A stretch of 64,000 nt of DNA from Candidatus Obscuribacterales bacterium (GCA_019748395.1 JAIEPM010000047.1:15084-79083), one strand, 5' to 3'. Shown: positions 54,833-64,000, counted from the stretch's first letter. Program-made: numbers and translations. Notes: generated from the sequence alone by a model not told the origin.

Positions 54833-55930
54833 ATGGTGGAATCTTCTACATCTCAGGGAAAACAAGAAACTGCTGCAATTCAGGGGGACTTTGATCCCAA
54901 CAGTCTTGCGCAGAAAGATTCCAGTATTTTTGGTTTGCCTTTTAGTCCTGAAAGCGCTCAGCAAGTGCTGATTCCAGTGCCATGGGAGGTCACGGTTTCA
55001 TACAATGCCGGTACTGCAGACGGACCCTCCGCCATTTTGGAAGCCTCCAGGCAAGTTGATCTTTTCGATCTCGATGTGGCCGATGCCTGGAAGTTCGGGC
55101 TGGCTATGTTGGACATTCCTGAAAGTCTTCTTGAACTGAACGCTTTCATGAGAAAGAAAGCGGAGACCTATATTTCACTTCTTCTCGATGGGGAAGTTCC
55201 TGAAAGCAATGAAGAATGTCGGAACTTGCTCAGTGAAATAAACACTAGTTGCGAAAAAATGAACGGCTGGGTTTTTGAAAAAGCAGAACAATTGCTCGAC
55301 CAAAATAAACTTGTTGGCTTAATTGGTGGAGATCACAGCACACCTCTGGGCTTAATGCGGGCTCTGGCGAATAAATATGATGATTTCGGTATTTTGCATT
55401 TTGATGCACATGCAGATTTGCGGGATGCTTATGAAGGATTCAAATACTCACATGCCTCGATCATGTTTAACGCTCTGGAAATCAAGGCAATTAGAAAACT
55501 GGTTCAAGTTGGTATTAGAGATTTCTGCGAGCAAGAGTATGAGCTCGTAAAAAATTCAAACGAGCGAGTTATCTCTTATTACGACAGAGATATCAAAGCT
55601 AAATTATATAACGGTGAAAGTTGGCGAGATATAAGCGATGCCATCATCGCGCATTTGCCTCAAAATGTGTATGTGAGCTTCGATGTGGATGGACTTGATC
55701 CGAAATTATGCCCTCACACCGGCACTCCTGTTCCCGGCGGATTAGAGTTTGAGCAGGCCGTTTATCTGGTGAAGCGGCTCGTTGAGCATGGCAAAACGAT
55801 AATCGGGTTTGACGTAAACGAAGTTGCTCCGGGTGAAGATGATGAATGGGATGCCAATGTCGGCGCCCGCCTTGTTTACCGATTGGCAAATTTAGCAGCG
55901 CTCAGCCGTGGGCTTGCGCCGCTTTTCTAG
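54833..55930 (+). CDS. Ureohydrolase (arginase/agmatinase/formiminoglutamase) family protein
   Basis: Mn-binding motifs GGDHSTPLG, HFDAHADLRD and VSFDVDGLDP, plus EVAP. Substrate specificity cannot be decided by eye. Confidence 0.85.
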   Translation: MVESSTSQGKQETAAIQGDFDPNSLAQKDSSIFGLPFSPESAQQVLIPVPWEVTVSYNAGTADGPSAILEASRQVDLFDLDVADAWKFGLAMLDIPESLLELNAFMRKKAETYISLLLDGEVPESNEECRNLLSEINTSCEKMNGWVFEKAEQLLDQNKLVGLIGGDHSTPLGLMRALANKYDDFGILHFDAHADLRDAYEGFKYSHASIMFNALEIKAIRKLVQVGIRDFCEQEYELVKNSNERVISYYDRDIKAKLYNGESWRDISDAIIAHLPQNVYVSFDVDGLDPKLCPHTGTPVPGGLEFEQAVYLVKRLVEHGKTIIGFDVNEVAPGEDDEWDANVGARLVYRLANLAALSRGLAPLF

Positions 55931-55948
55931 ATTTTGTCAGTTACGCAT

Positions 55949-56587
55949 TTAGCGATTTGACCAGGCAATGGAGGTCCAGGAATTGCAAGCTGCCGTTGTT
56001 TTGCTAAGCGAAATAATAAAGTCTGTATCGCCTTGCCTTGTTTGGCTTGAACTCGGGTCGTACATTTGGGCGATATTGCAATTGTAAGTACCCGCTTGCA
56101 GGCTGAAACGACAATATTCGAGATGCTTCTCCGGCAATTGTTTATTTGGGAATTGTGCTGCCATAGTTAGAGATTCATAGTTGATCAAACTTAGTCCGCC
56201 ATCCGTGACGACAATTGGTCCTGAAATTTCCCTGAAGGCGCTGCTTGCATTCGAGTCGCCTAATTCGACTCTGATCTTAAGATCGCCTTCAATGCCTGTG
56301 CCCCAGAGAAGAAGCGTTCGTTTGCTCATTTCGGTTCTGAAATGCTGAAAAAGCTGATCGAGTTCCCAATCTTCGTGCACGAAAGAGCTGTAGATTGCCG
56401 GATTTATTAAGCCTAGAAATCCGGAATCATCGGAGAGAGAATCTGCCCATAGCTGCATTTTGCTTGACCTTGAATAAATTAGGACGATATTAGCATGGCG
56501 GGTTTTTGCAAGCTGTTTGCGAGTCAAAGACTTCGCTGATTTATGAAAAGTCTTCAAGGTGCCAGTTTCTAATGCAGAGTGGTTCAA
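55949..56587 (-). CDS. Hypothetical cytoplasmic protein
   Basis: 212-aa ORF from a TTG; the first ATG at 56458 gives MQLWADSLSDDSGFLGLINPAIYSSFVHEDWELDQLF.... No family recognised. Divergent from the DUF900-like hydrolase gene. Confidence 0.5.
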   Translation of the reverse strand: MNHSALETGTLKTFHKSAKSLTRKQLAKTRHANIVLIYSRSSKMQLWADSLSDDSGFLGLINPAIYSSFVHEDWELDQLFQHFRTEMSKRTLLLWGTGIEGDLKIRVELGDSNASSAFREISGPIVVTDGGLSLINYESLTMAAQFPNKQLPEKHLEYCRFSLQAGTYNCNIAQMYDPSSSQTRQGDTDFIISLSKTTAACNSWTSIAWSNR

Positions 56588-56703
56588 TTACGACTAAATG
56601 GTTAGTGTCGGCTTGTGCTTAAGTTAGTATTCGCTCAAGAAAGGAGGCTCGCAAGAGCCGTATATTTCATCTGGAAATCTTTTCTTAAGGACTCTTTTGG
56701 TAA

Positions 56704-57951
56704 ATGCGAATATTGGTATTGGTCCTGCTGCTTTGTCTTAGCTTCTATGTATCAACACCCTCTTCCTTGGCTGAAGCACCAAAAAGTAAAAAGGCTCAGT
56801 CATTTCTCAGTGTTCCGGTTTTCTTTGTTACCGACCGAAAACTTGAGGGCAATTCTTTTACTGGCGAGCGCAAATATGCTGCGGACTGCAAGCACGATCC
56901 CTACATGGGCAAACTGAATTTCGTTATTGCAAGTCCCGAAAAAGTAGAGCTTAGTTCCGAGCAAAAGGAACTTGGCTTGGCTATTGCAGACAAGACTAAG
57001 GAGCCCATTTCAAACCTTCAAATTCTAAACAATGGTTTGGAATACACTGAGGCAAAAGAAAAGTTTCTGGATGCGGTTGCAACTGAGTGCACTAAGCCCG
57101 GTCAAAACGGCGAGCTGGTTGTATTCGTGCATGGTTACAATACTCCGTTTGCAGGGGCTATTCGTCACGGGGCGGAATTCTCTCGTTGTTTTGGTCGACC
57201 AGCTATCGTTTACTCCTGGCCGTCCGTATCTAAGCTTAGAACCTATACTTCAGACGAGGCAAATAACGAGTGGAGCCAGGAACATTTCAACCAGTTTCTT
57301 GACGATCTCGGAGAGCTCCATAAAAGAAATCCTGCCATTAAGGTTATTCTTGTTGCACATAGCCTTGGCAGCCGTCTTATTGTCAGAGCTGCACCTATTT
57401 TGAAAGAAAATGAGATGCTGAAGGATGTCGCACTGGTCTGTCCTGATATCGACTATGAAACTGTACGGCATTATCTTCAGCGCTACGCAACCGGAAAAGG
57501 CAAATTCAATGTCTGGCTCTACACTTCAACGCGAGACAACGCTCTGGCTTTCTCGCAAATAATGCATGGTGGATATTTCCGGCTTGGTGAATGCGGTAAT
57601 TCGATTGTGGAATTGTTTCCAGGGTTGAAACCAGCCGAAGCCAGCACTCATGTTTCCGATGCGGATAAACAGCGGGTAGAGACAGTAAAGGCTGGTTTAG
57701 CTAAGCGAATGCACACTATTGATTTTACGGAGCTGGACAGCGGACTTCTGGGTCATAAGATTCCGCATGAGCTGATTGAACAAATGTGTCAAACCGGTGC
57801 ACCAGGACCGGGCTTAAGCATGGTCGAAACCGATGCAGGTGAAACCAGCAAGCTGGGTAAAATGTTGTTCAAATCTCATGGTAAGGAATCGTTTCCTGCA
57901 GAAAGAGGACGCTGCAATAAGGTGGTGCGCAATGAGCAAAAGACACAATAA
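56704..57951 (+). CDS. Secreted alpha/beta hydrolase (DUF900-like, lipase/esterase-type nucleophile elbow)
   Basis: Signal peptide MRILVLVLLLCLSFYVSTPSSLA. VVFVHGYNTPF and VAHSLGSRL (GxSxG-type elbow AHSLG) are typical of the DUF900 family. Confidence 0.75.
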   Translation: MRILVLVLLLCLSFYVSTPSSLAEAPKSKKAQSFLSVPVFFVTDRKLEGNSFTGERKYAADCKHDPYMGKLNFVIASPEKVELSSEQKELGLAIADKTKEPISNLQILNNGLEYTEAKEKFLDAVATECTKPGQNGELVVFVHGYNTPFAGAIRHGAEFSRCFGRPAIVYSWPSVSKLRTYTSDEANNEWSQEHFNQFLDDLGELHKRNPAIKVILVAHSLGSRLIVRAAPILKENEMLKDVALVCPDIDYETVRHYLQRYATGKGKFNVWLYTSTRDNALAFSQIMHGGYFRLGECGNSIVELFPGLKPAEASTHVSDADKQRVETVKAGLAKRMHTIDFTELDSGLLGHKIPHELIEQMCQTGAPGPGLSMVETDAGETSKLGKMLFKSHGKESFPAERGRCNKVVRNEQKTQ

Positions 57952-58051
57952 CATGCGCTTGTTCTAAATTTGCCTTGCCTTTTGTTTAGCAGCTCAAGGA
58001 AGCTTCGAGTGGAAGTTCCGCAATTTGTTCGAATGGAAGCCGCGCTGAAGT

Positions 58052-59371
58052 TTAGCCCGGTATACGGAACAGGTTGTTTCCGAAATGCAGAATAAATCCG
58101 GCCATGGAAAAGTAAATCACTAATCCTGTGACGTCAACAAGTGTCGCCACAAATGGCGCTGAAGCGCTGGCTGGATCTAAACCCAGCTTTCTTAAAATGA
58201 AAGGCAGCATAGAGCCTGAAATGCCTCCCCAGAGGACTATACAGATAAGACTGAGTGCAACAGTCGCGGCTATGAGAATGTAATGAGGTCCGTAAGCTTG
58301 CGGGAAGATTTGCTGCCATGCAAGAATGCGAATCAAGCCGATTGCTCCGATTATTAGCCCAAGTGCCAGTCCGACCATGAGCTCTCGGCGGAAAACTTTC
58401 CACCAATCTTTCAAGTCGACCTGTCCAAGAGCCATTGCGCGAACCACAAGCGTACTTGCCTGCGAGCCTGAGTTGCCTCCGCTGCTAATAATGAGAGGTA
58501 TAAAAACTGCCAGAACGACAGCTTTTGCTATTTCGCTCTGATACTGAGCCATTGCGTTTGTAGTGAGCATTTCACTCAAGAAAAGAAGTACCAGCCAACC
58601 GGCACGCTTCTTGATCATGTCCAACAAGCTTATTTCAAGATAAGGAGCATGCAAAGCTTCCGAACCACCGATTTTTTGGATATCTTCAGTTGCCTCTTCC
58701 TGTACCACGTCCACGATGTCATCGATGGTGACTATGCCTTTCATTTTTCCCTGGCTGTCTACAACCGGTATGGCAAGAAGGTCATGCTCTGCGAATAGTC
58801 GGCTCAATTCCTCTTGATCCATCTCTTCTCTTGCTCTGACGAAATCATGTTTCATGACGCTTTTAATAGGAGCTTCGGGCGGTGCAGCAAACAGTTCTCT
58901 CAGTGAGGAGACACCGATCAGACATTCTTGAGCGTTTACGATGTAAACGTAGTAAACCGTTTCCACGTGCTCACGAGCCTGACGTCTCAAATAAGCAAGT
59001 GCCTGCGCTACAGTCATGTTTGCGCGCAGAGTGGCGAAGCGGGGGCTCATCAGACCGCCTGCAACGTCTTCTCGATAAGCGAGCAATCCCGTAACTTCAT
59101 TGTGGGTGGACGGATCTAGGCAACTGAGCAGCGCCTGTCTGCTTTCAATCGGCGCCTCTTGTATGGCGTCGGCTGCGTCATCAGGTTCAAGAGCGCGCAT
59201 CCAGAAGAAGCGTTGATCGACGGGCATTGAAAGAAGCAAATGCGCCTGATCTCGGCTGCTCAATTCCCAGAAAAACTGCTGCGATTGCTCGCTCGGCATC
59301 TTGCGAAACTGCTCAAGTTGTTCGTTTTGCTGGAGTTCGCTCCAGATTTTATTGATATTCGTGTGGAGCAT
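58052..59371 (-). CDS. mgtE: Magnesium transporter MgtE
   Basis: AAGGAG lies upstream of the ATG at 59371. MgtE N-domain, then a CBS pair (HDLLAIPVVDSQGKMKGIVTIDDIVDV), then a TM domain with SSGGNSGSQAST. The track ORF extends to 59524 through an unlikely Cys/Arg/Phe-rich leader. Confidence 0.9.
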   Translation of the reverse strand: MLHTNINKIWSELQQNEQLEQFRKMPSEQSQQFFWELSSRDQAHLLLSMPVDQRFFWMRALEPDDAADAIQEAPIESRQALLSCLDPSTHNEVTGLLAYREDVAGGLMSPRFATLRANMTVAQALAYLRRQAREHVETVYYVYIVNAQECLIGVSSLRELFAAPPEAPIKSVMKHDFVRAREEMDQEELSRLFAEHDLLAIPVVDSQGKMKGIVTIDDIVDVVQEEATEDIQKIGGSEALHAPYLEISLLDMIKKRAGWLVLLFLSEMLTTNAMAQYQSEIAKAVVLAVFIPLIISSGGNSGSQASTLVVRAMALGQVDLKDWWKVFRRELMVGLALGLIIGAIGLIRILAWQQIFPQAYGPHYILIAATVALSLICIVLWGGISGSMLPFILRKLGLDPASASAPFVATLVDVTGLVIYFSMAGFILHFGNNLFRIPG

Positions 59372-59563
59372 GTTTTGTACTCCTTGGTCAAATATTTGGG
59401 CTCTGAAAAGACAGCTTGAACTCTGGAGACGTAGTTTTCGCCAAAGTGATTCCTGAATTCGGAAAAATCGACAAAAAAAAGACAAGCAACGGACGACTCT
59501 TGGACAGTTCATCGCTAAATTCAATTTAGGCCTGAGTGAAAGGACGGACTGGAGGTTAGTGAA

Positions 59564-61801
59564 GTGATTATCAATTCAAGACGTAACCAGAGAGGCTCTA
59601 TGATTGCGATGTCGGCTGCATTCCTATTTGGAATTCTAGCTCTGGGGCTTGGCATAATCTCCTTAATGGGACTTTTTGGCGGTGCCAATGAGCTGCAATC
59701 TGCTGTTGATTCCGGCAATCTCAACGTGGCTGGCAAAGCGCTGGATTATCCCTATGTGCTTATCGACGATAAGTCCAGTGAGCTTCGCAAGCAGTTTTTG
59801 CCTCTGAGCAATAACGGCAAAATCTGTCTTCGCAATATCAACAAAGTTATGGCTTTTGAACTTATTACCCAGGTCAATTTACGTTCTATGCAAATTAAAG
59901 GCATTTCGACTCCTGAGGCTGAGGCGAATGTCAAAAAACTTTCTGACGAGGCGGAAAAAATAGCTGCAGAACTGGCTCAAAAGCTGAAAGATCAATCCTA
60001 TTTCAAAAGCAATTTTGAAGACCTTGCAAATAAAAATTCTCTGCGTATGCTGCCCTGCTGCTCTCAGAATACCGTCATTCTGAAGGAACACAAGGTTTCC
60101 TATGTTAATCGCGGTGAAGCATCAAATGTCAGCTTCAGCTATGACGAAGTTCCGGAAAATGTGAAATCAATGTTTCAGCAAAACGAGAGCCAGTGGTTCA
60201 AGAAAATCGGCAGTCGCCTTTATTTCAGAGGTTATACCGACGGAATCAAGATTCTTGATCGTGAAATTCATTTTGTGCCGCTTTACGAAGGCTCTGATGA
60301 TCCATTGAGTTCAGCAATGCGATCGCTGCCTCATTTAATTTCAGGCAAAGATTTTTCAAAAGAATCCTCACCTGCTGAAGGTTCAACCCCATTCAGCTGG
60401 GACAGCGCCGTGCCCAATGCCTTCCTGAATACTGCATCTGTTCCTATTTCCGATGCAAAAGAGCAGGCTCTGATTCTCAGCTCTTGTGCTGTCGCCAACG
60501 ACAGAAAAGTCAGCAGCCTTGCGCCTCAACTTTATATCAAAATCAATAATCCCAGAGGGTACAATCCCGAAAATACCATGCCCTCCAATGATTCAATCTT
60601 CAATGCCGAGCTCATGTCAGGTATCTACCTGCTTGAAGATGCTAGTGGTGTTATTGGTTTTTCAACCGATCAATCGGCTCAAGAGGCTCTCATTGCATAC
60701 AATAAAGACCCGATAAATGCTCCAAAACCGAAAATCATGGACGACGACAGCAATCCCATATTTTTTGATCGCAGCGGTAGTCCGGTATCCGACCTTTCGA
60801 GTCTGTCAACTGCGAGCAAACTGGGCTCGGTTTGCACATGTACCAACACTCTGCCGTCGCCGGGATCTGAACCGGAGAAAAATTGCTCAAGCAGTCTTGG
60901 AGCTTTCTTTAATGCCTATCCGCACATAGGAGGCGATTTGCCGACTGGCGACAATCACAGCGATTTGCTTGCGGTGGAGGAAGCTCGCTTCAAATTATTT
61001 CAAGTAATGGCTGCCGCCCACAAAAAATGGGAAGCTTTGGCCGCTCAGGGACTGACTCCTCAGCAAGCCAATGTCAAAGGAGTCTATCCGTCGATCAGTA
61101 CAGTATTGCCTTGCTATAGCGGTTTGAGAAAGTTTGACGGCAAGTCGATTCAGTCCACGCTGAACACAAAAAGTATGATTTTTTCGCAAGCCGGTACGGT
61201 AGATGACTACTTGAAGCAAATAGCCCTGGCAACTAAGGCTCCAAGTTTCAGCTCTGCTCAGGCTGATATTGCCGGTGAGGTTCTGATTAGCTCCAGCTTT
61301 GATCGGACCGGCAATACCGATCAAAAAGTACAAGAGAAAATTGACCGCACACTTAGCGAGGTTCTTGAAGCAGTCAAGCAAATGGCTCCCGAAATGACGA
61401 TGGATGAACTGAAAAAACTTTTTGCAGATTCCAGCAAAACATTGCAACTCGGAAGCTCTGCCTATATCTATAAAGATGGTGATAGCGGCAAAGTTCTTCT
61501 CAGTTTAAGCGCGCCATCCTGGCTGGCTGAAAGCGGTGAAAGTGCAAAAGCTGACGGCAAGGTTCGCATTATCGAATCAGATACCTATCATCTGCTGGAT
61601 TGTGTTGTGAATGCTCCCGGGGACAATGCACATGACGTTCTTTTCTATGTCAATCCCAAGTGGAACAGCACTGCGCTTGCTAAAGACCAGTTGCTCTGGA
61701 CCAGTTCAACAGGAAGCAATAAACTGCTCGGCATCCTCGAATTCAGAAACTTTTGCTACAACACGAATAACCAGAGCGCTGAATTCTATCAACCAAACTG
61801 A
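59564..61801 (+). CDS. Large TadE/G-like N-terminus protein (TadG-like pilus-associated?), otherwise unknown
   Basis: GTG start. The N-terminus RRNQRGSMIAMSAAFLFGILALGLGIISLMGLFGGANELQSAVDSGNLNVA fits the TadE/G-like (Flp pilus assembly) N-terminal motif. The remaining about 690 aa were not recognised. Confidence 0.65.
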   Translation: MIINSRRNQRGSMIAMSAAFLFGILALGLGIISLMGLFGGANELQSAVDSGNLNVAGKALDYPYVLIDDKSSELRKQFLPLSNNGKICLRNINKVMAFELITQVNLRSMQIKGISTPEAEANVKKLSDEAEKIAAELAQKLKDQSYFKSNFEDLANKNSLRMLPCCSQNTVILKEHKVSYVNRGEASNVSFSYDEVPENVKSMFQQNESQWFKKIGSRLYFRGYTDGIKILDREIHFVPLYEGSDDPLSSAMRSLPHLISGKDFSKESSPAEGSTPFSWDSAVPNAFLNTASVPISDAKEQALILSSCAVANDRKVSSLAPQLYIKINNPRGYNPENTMPSNDSIFNAELMSGIYLLEDASGVIGFSTDQSAQEALIAYNKDPINAPKPKIMDDDSNPIFFDRSGSPVSDLSSLSTASKLGSVCTCTNTLPSPGSEPEKNCSSSLGAFFNAYPHIGGDLPTGDNHSDLLAVEEARFKLFQVMAAAHKKWEALAAQGLTPQQANVKGVYPSISTVLPCYSGLRKFDGKSIQSTLNTKSMIFSQAGTVDDYLKQIALATKAPSFSSAQADIAGEVLISSSFDRTGNTDQKVQEKIDRTLSEVLEAVKQMAPEMTMDELKKLFADSSKTLQLGSSAYIYKDGDSGKVLLSLSAPSWLAESGESAKADGKVRIIESDTYHLLDCVVNAPGDNAHDVLFYVNPKWNSTALAKDQLLWTSSTGSNKLLGILEFRNFCYNTNNQSAEFYQPN

Positions 61802-61847
61802 TCGTTGATTTAGTGCCCCTGGTCTCAGCAATAAAAGGTGAAAGCAT

Positions 61848-62309
61848 ATGAAAAAATCAAGTCTTAAAATTACAGGCTCGCTGCTCAATCTTCTTCTATT
61901 CAGTCTTGCATTTTTAAGTCCGGCGGTGGCTGATAACGACTCGTTTGGGGCTAACAGGAAATATGTCCCGGCTCGTTATGAAGTACTTAGATCAGACAAG
62001 CCGCAGAACATTCCGGCTCTGCCCCGCTATCAAGGACCTGCAAAGCTCCTGGTTTCGCTCAAAATGCCATACACTCCCGGCGGTGTCACATACAACGAAC
62101 GTTATGTAACCACCGATAGCCCTGAGCGAGTTATTCAATATTTTCAGCAGGCATTGAGCAGCGGTAACTGGCAATCCCAGCAATGCGGATGGTCAATTAA
62201 TGCCCGTGATCAAAATAAGAATTTCTGCCGGGTGCATGTTCTTTCTTTTGATACCTCTACTGCGCAGCCAAGCACCCGTTTCATTATTGAGTACAAAGAA
62301 CACAATTGA
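61848..62309 (+). CDS. Small secreted hypothetical protein
   Basis: 153 aa with signal peptide MKKSSLKITGSLLNLLLFSLAFLSPAVA. It starts 46 nt after the TadG-like gene. Confidence 0.6.
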   Translation: MKKSSLKITGSLLNLLLFSLAFLSPAVADNDSFGANRKYVPARYEVLRSDKPQNIPALPRYQGPAKLLVSLKMPYTPGGVTYNERYVTTDSPERVIQYFQQALSSGNWQSQQCGWSINARDQNKNFCRVHVLSFDTSTAQPSTRFIIEYKEHN

Positions 62310-62452
62310 GTTGGATGAGATTTTGAAACTAAGCAAGATGCTTCTCCGGTATTTTTTAAATGCGGATTTCAGCAATTGGGAATTCTCCCCCTTATAGCAT
62401 GACAAGCAATGGCAATTTACATAGACTGGGAAAGTTCAAGTACGCTCGGGGA

Positions 62453-62815
62453 ATGAATATGGAAAGACTTAGGCTCAGCGAGGAGCAAGCGCTGTGCGCT
62501 GTGCTTGATGATGAAATTGACGAGACGCTAGCGGCACATTGTGAGCGCGCACCGGTATATATGCCCGGCAGAGAGAAGCCTGTTTACGACGTGATTTTTG
62601 ACGTGGAAGCATCGAATGCCTTAGTTATTGCCCATCAGGAGAAGATGGCGCGGCGAAAAAAGGCGGAGGAAGCTCGGCGTCTGGAAAAGGAAGCCTGCGT
62701 GCAAACTTGGAAAGCGGGCATCTGGGAGCGTCTCGGGACTCGTTTGATAGCTATAGCCATTGGACTTGCTATAGGCGTCGTTTATGTCTGGTTGAAAGGT
62801 ATATTCAAGTTTTGA
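62453..62815 (+). CDS. Tail-anchored hypothetical protein
   Basis: ATG at 62453 or 62459 (GGGGA upstream) gives MNMERLRLSEEQ.... A coiled charged segment (ARRKKAEEARRLEKEA) follows, then the C-terminal helix LIAIAIGLAIGVVYVWL. The track ORF starts earlier, at 62360. Confidence 0.45.
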   Translation: MNMERLRLSEEQALCAVLDDEIDETLAAHCERAPVYMPGREKPVYDVIFDVEASNALVIAHQEKMARRKKAEEARRLEKEACVQTWKAGIWERLGTRLIAIAIGLAIGVVYVWLKGIFKF

Positions 62816-62847
62816 CATAATCACAGCGTCCAAGGAGTTATGGAGCC

Positions 62848-63552
62848 GTGGTGATCAGTAAATATTTTTCCGCAGAGCGCCCTTTGCTTCTTTGTGCTGC
62901 GTCTAGTGCGGAAACCGAGCTGGTTTTAAGTGTTTTCGATGAAAAATCTAAGTCCTCAGGAGCCTGGCAGACCTTCCATTTCGGCTGCTGCACCGTTATG
63001 GAAACCGGCGTGGGAAAATCCAATGCGGCCGGTGCTGTTGCGGTGGAGTTGCTTCGTGCGGAAGTAAGGCAACGAAAATACGCCTCTGTTCTGGTTATTG
63101 GAATAGGTGGTGGGCTTTCCAGAGAACTCGCTCTTGGTGATGCCGTTTTGGCGGATTCTTGCGTGCTGGTTGATGAAGGCACACCTCTAAAAGGGGCTTC
63201 GAAGTGGCGTTCGCTCGAAGAATCCGGTTTTGCCCAACTGGAGTTTAGTTCCAGGAAAAGCGAATGGTGGCATGAATTAGCCGGGCATGTTGATCGGGTT
63301 GGAAAAATCGCCACTGTTTCGACGATTTCCGGTTTTCCTGAGATTGCAGAGGCCTATGAAGAACGCAGTCATGCTCTGGTGGAAGCAATGGAAGGCGCCG
63401 CCGTAGCTCAAGTTTGCGCACGATTCAATGTCGATTTCGCTGAATTGAGAAGCATCTCCAATATCTGTGGCAATAGCGACCGTGAAGAAAACCCCTGGGA
63501 TATTGGGAAAGCCTTTGCTCGCTTGAAGAAAATTTTGGAGCGCATCAGGTAA
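62848..63552 (+). CDS. mqnB: Futalosine hydrolase (MTAN/PNP_UDP_1 fold)
   Basis: GTG start with AAGGAG 10 nt upstream. ETGVGKSNAAGAV, VEAMEGAAVAQVCARFNVDFAELRSISNICGNSDREENPWDIGKA matches the MqnB-type pattern (..MEg.A.a.v....g.p....R.ISN.vG.rd...W....A). Confidence 0.7.
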   Translation: MVISKYFSAERPLLLCAASSAETELVLSVFDEKSKSSGAWQTFHFGCCTVMETGVGKSNAAGAVAVELLRAEVRQRKYASVLVIGIGGGLSRELALGDAVLADSCVLVDEGTPLKGASKWRSLEESGFAQLEFSSRKSEWWHELAGHVDRVGKIATVSTISGFPEIAEAYEERSHALVEAMEGAAVAQVCARFNVDFAELRSISNICGNSDREENPWDIGKAFARLKKILERIR

Positions 63553-63587
63553 TGGGAAGCGGACTCCCTTATACCGGATGCTTGCAG

Positions 63588-64000
63588 CTAACGATGTCTT
63601 AGTCTGTCTCGGGCCATGGCTTCTAAAGAGTGCGGGTCTGTCACTGGAATGGCGGTTTGCCATTCTATGCCTTCTTCGTGTCCGGCGCGGACATGATCGT
63701 GATGATTCAAAATAAGGGGGCGGTAAGACTGAACGACCTGCCGTGCGCTTCGTTCTAGCTCGCTGCGGCTGGCGCTCGAGCTTAATTGAGCGATAGTGTT
63801 ACCTTCAGTGCCGAATAGATTTGGTGCTATAAACAAATAGCCGGATGAAATCTGAACTCCTTTGATCTGCTTTAGATCATGACCGTCTCCGCTGGCGTAT
63901 ATCAACTTCCCGATCAGCTCATTAGACCACGCCAAGGGCGCCAGTGCTGAAATCAGCTTCTGGCGTTCTTCGGGAGTTCTTCCCAGGACGACAGCTAAGG
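63588..64000 (-). CDS. Hypothetical protein, N-terminal part outside the window
   Basis: The minus-strand frame stays open from the window edge (...LAVVLGRTPEERQKLISALAPLAWSNELIGKLIYASGDGHDL...LILNHHDHVRAGHEEG...) to the stop at 63588. No family assigned. Confidence 0.55.
   Translation of the reverse strand, partial: LAVVLGRTPEERQKLISALAPLAWSNELIGKLIYASGDGHDLKQIKGVQISSGYLFIAPNLFGTEGNTIAQLSSSASRSELERSARQVVQSYRPLILNHHDHVRAGHEEGIEWQTAIPVTDPHSLEAMARDRLRHR

Noticed and set aside
59372-59563. Looked for an M-box (Mg2+) riboswitch in the 192-nt leader of mgtE.
   Set aside because: I could not recognise the conserved M-box core by eye. Only Infernal/Rfam (RF00380) could decide, so I make no call.
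1-64000. Searched by eye for tRNA/rRNA genes, transposases, integrases, phage genes, CRISPR arrays and toxin-antitoxin pairs.
   Set aside because: I recognised none. There are no T-loop GGTTCGAATCC-type motifs in intergenic DNA, and no DDE, tyrosine-recombinase or serine-recombinase motifs in any ORF. tRNAscan-SE, Infernal and ISfinder would be needed to confirm this.

Overview
The window looks like a 64-kb chromosomal segment of roughly mid-40s % G+C (judged by eye). It is densely coding, with about 55 protein genes. I recognised no rRNA, tRNA, CRISPR array, transposase or integrase.

Recognisable housekeeping genes are scattered through it: aconitase, rpiB, uppP, rsmI, rpsT, the murC-murB-ddl block, ssb, mgtE, a PiT phosphate transporter, an AmpG-like permease, a ureohydrolase and mqnB. 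Between them lie many lineage-specific secreted, TPR or envelope proteins and a dense set of signalling genes: three Hanks-type Ser/Thr kinases, a PilZ protein and a non-canonical diadenylate-cyclase-fold protein.

The gene content includes murC-murB adjacency, a class-A beta-lactamase homologue without Glu166, an orthocaspase-like protein, the futalosine pathway and many TPR and kinase genes. This is compatible with a cyanobacteria-related, non-photosynthetic lineage, but that is only an impression.

Most interesting observations:
1. A tandem triplication of a Cys5 zinc-ribbon-like / TM / TolA-TonB-C-like membrane protein (19.0-21.5 kb).
2. A sensor-domain-fused DAC-fold protein (42.7-44.0 kb).
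3. A co-directional cluster of orphan N6-adenine methyltransferase, His-less caspase-like/TolA-C fusion, Yip1-like protein and an acidic protein. A 20-bp perfect palindrome precedes it and a strong terminator ends it (30.4-35.5 kb).
4. A five-gene minus-strand operon with two paralogous secreted proteins of unknown family flanking a HEAT protein (6.6-12.3 kb).
5. A TPR / 13-residue-repeat coiled coil / metzincin protein.
6. A secreted protein built from 14 in-phase LxxP(I/L)xx heptads.
7. An aldo/keto reductase interrupted by a +1 frameshift in an A8 homopolymer.

All family assignments are by-eye motif recognition on the supplied translations. No database search was run.
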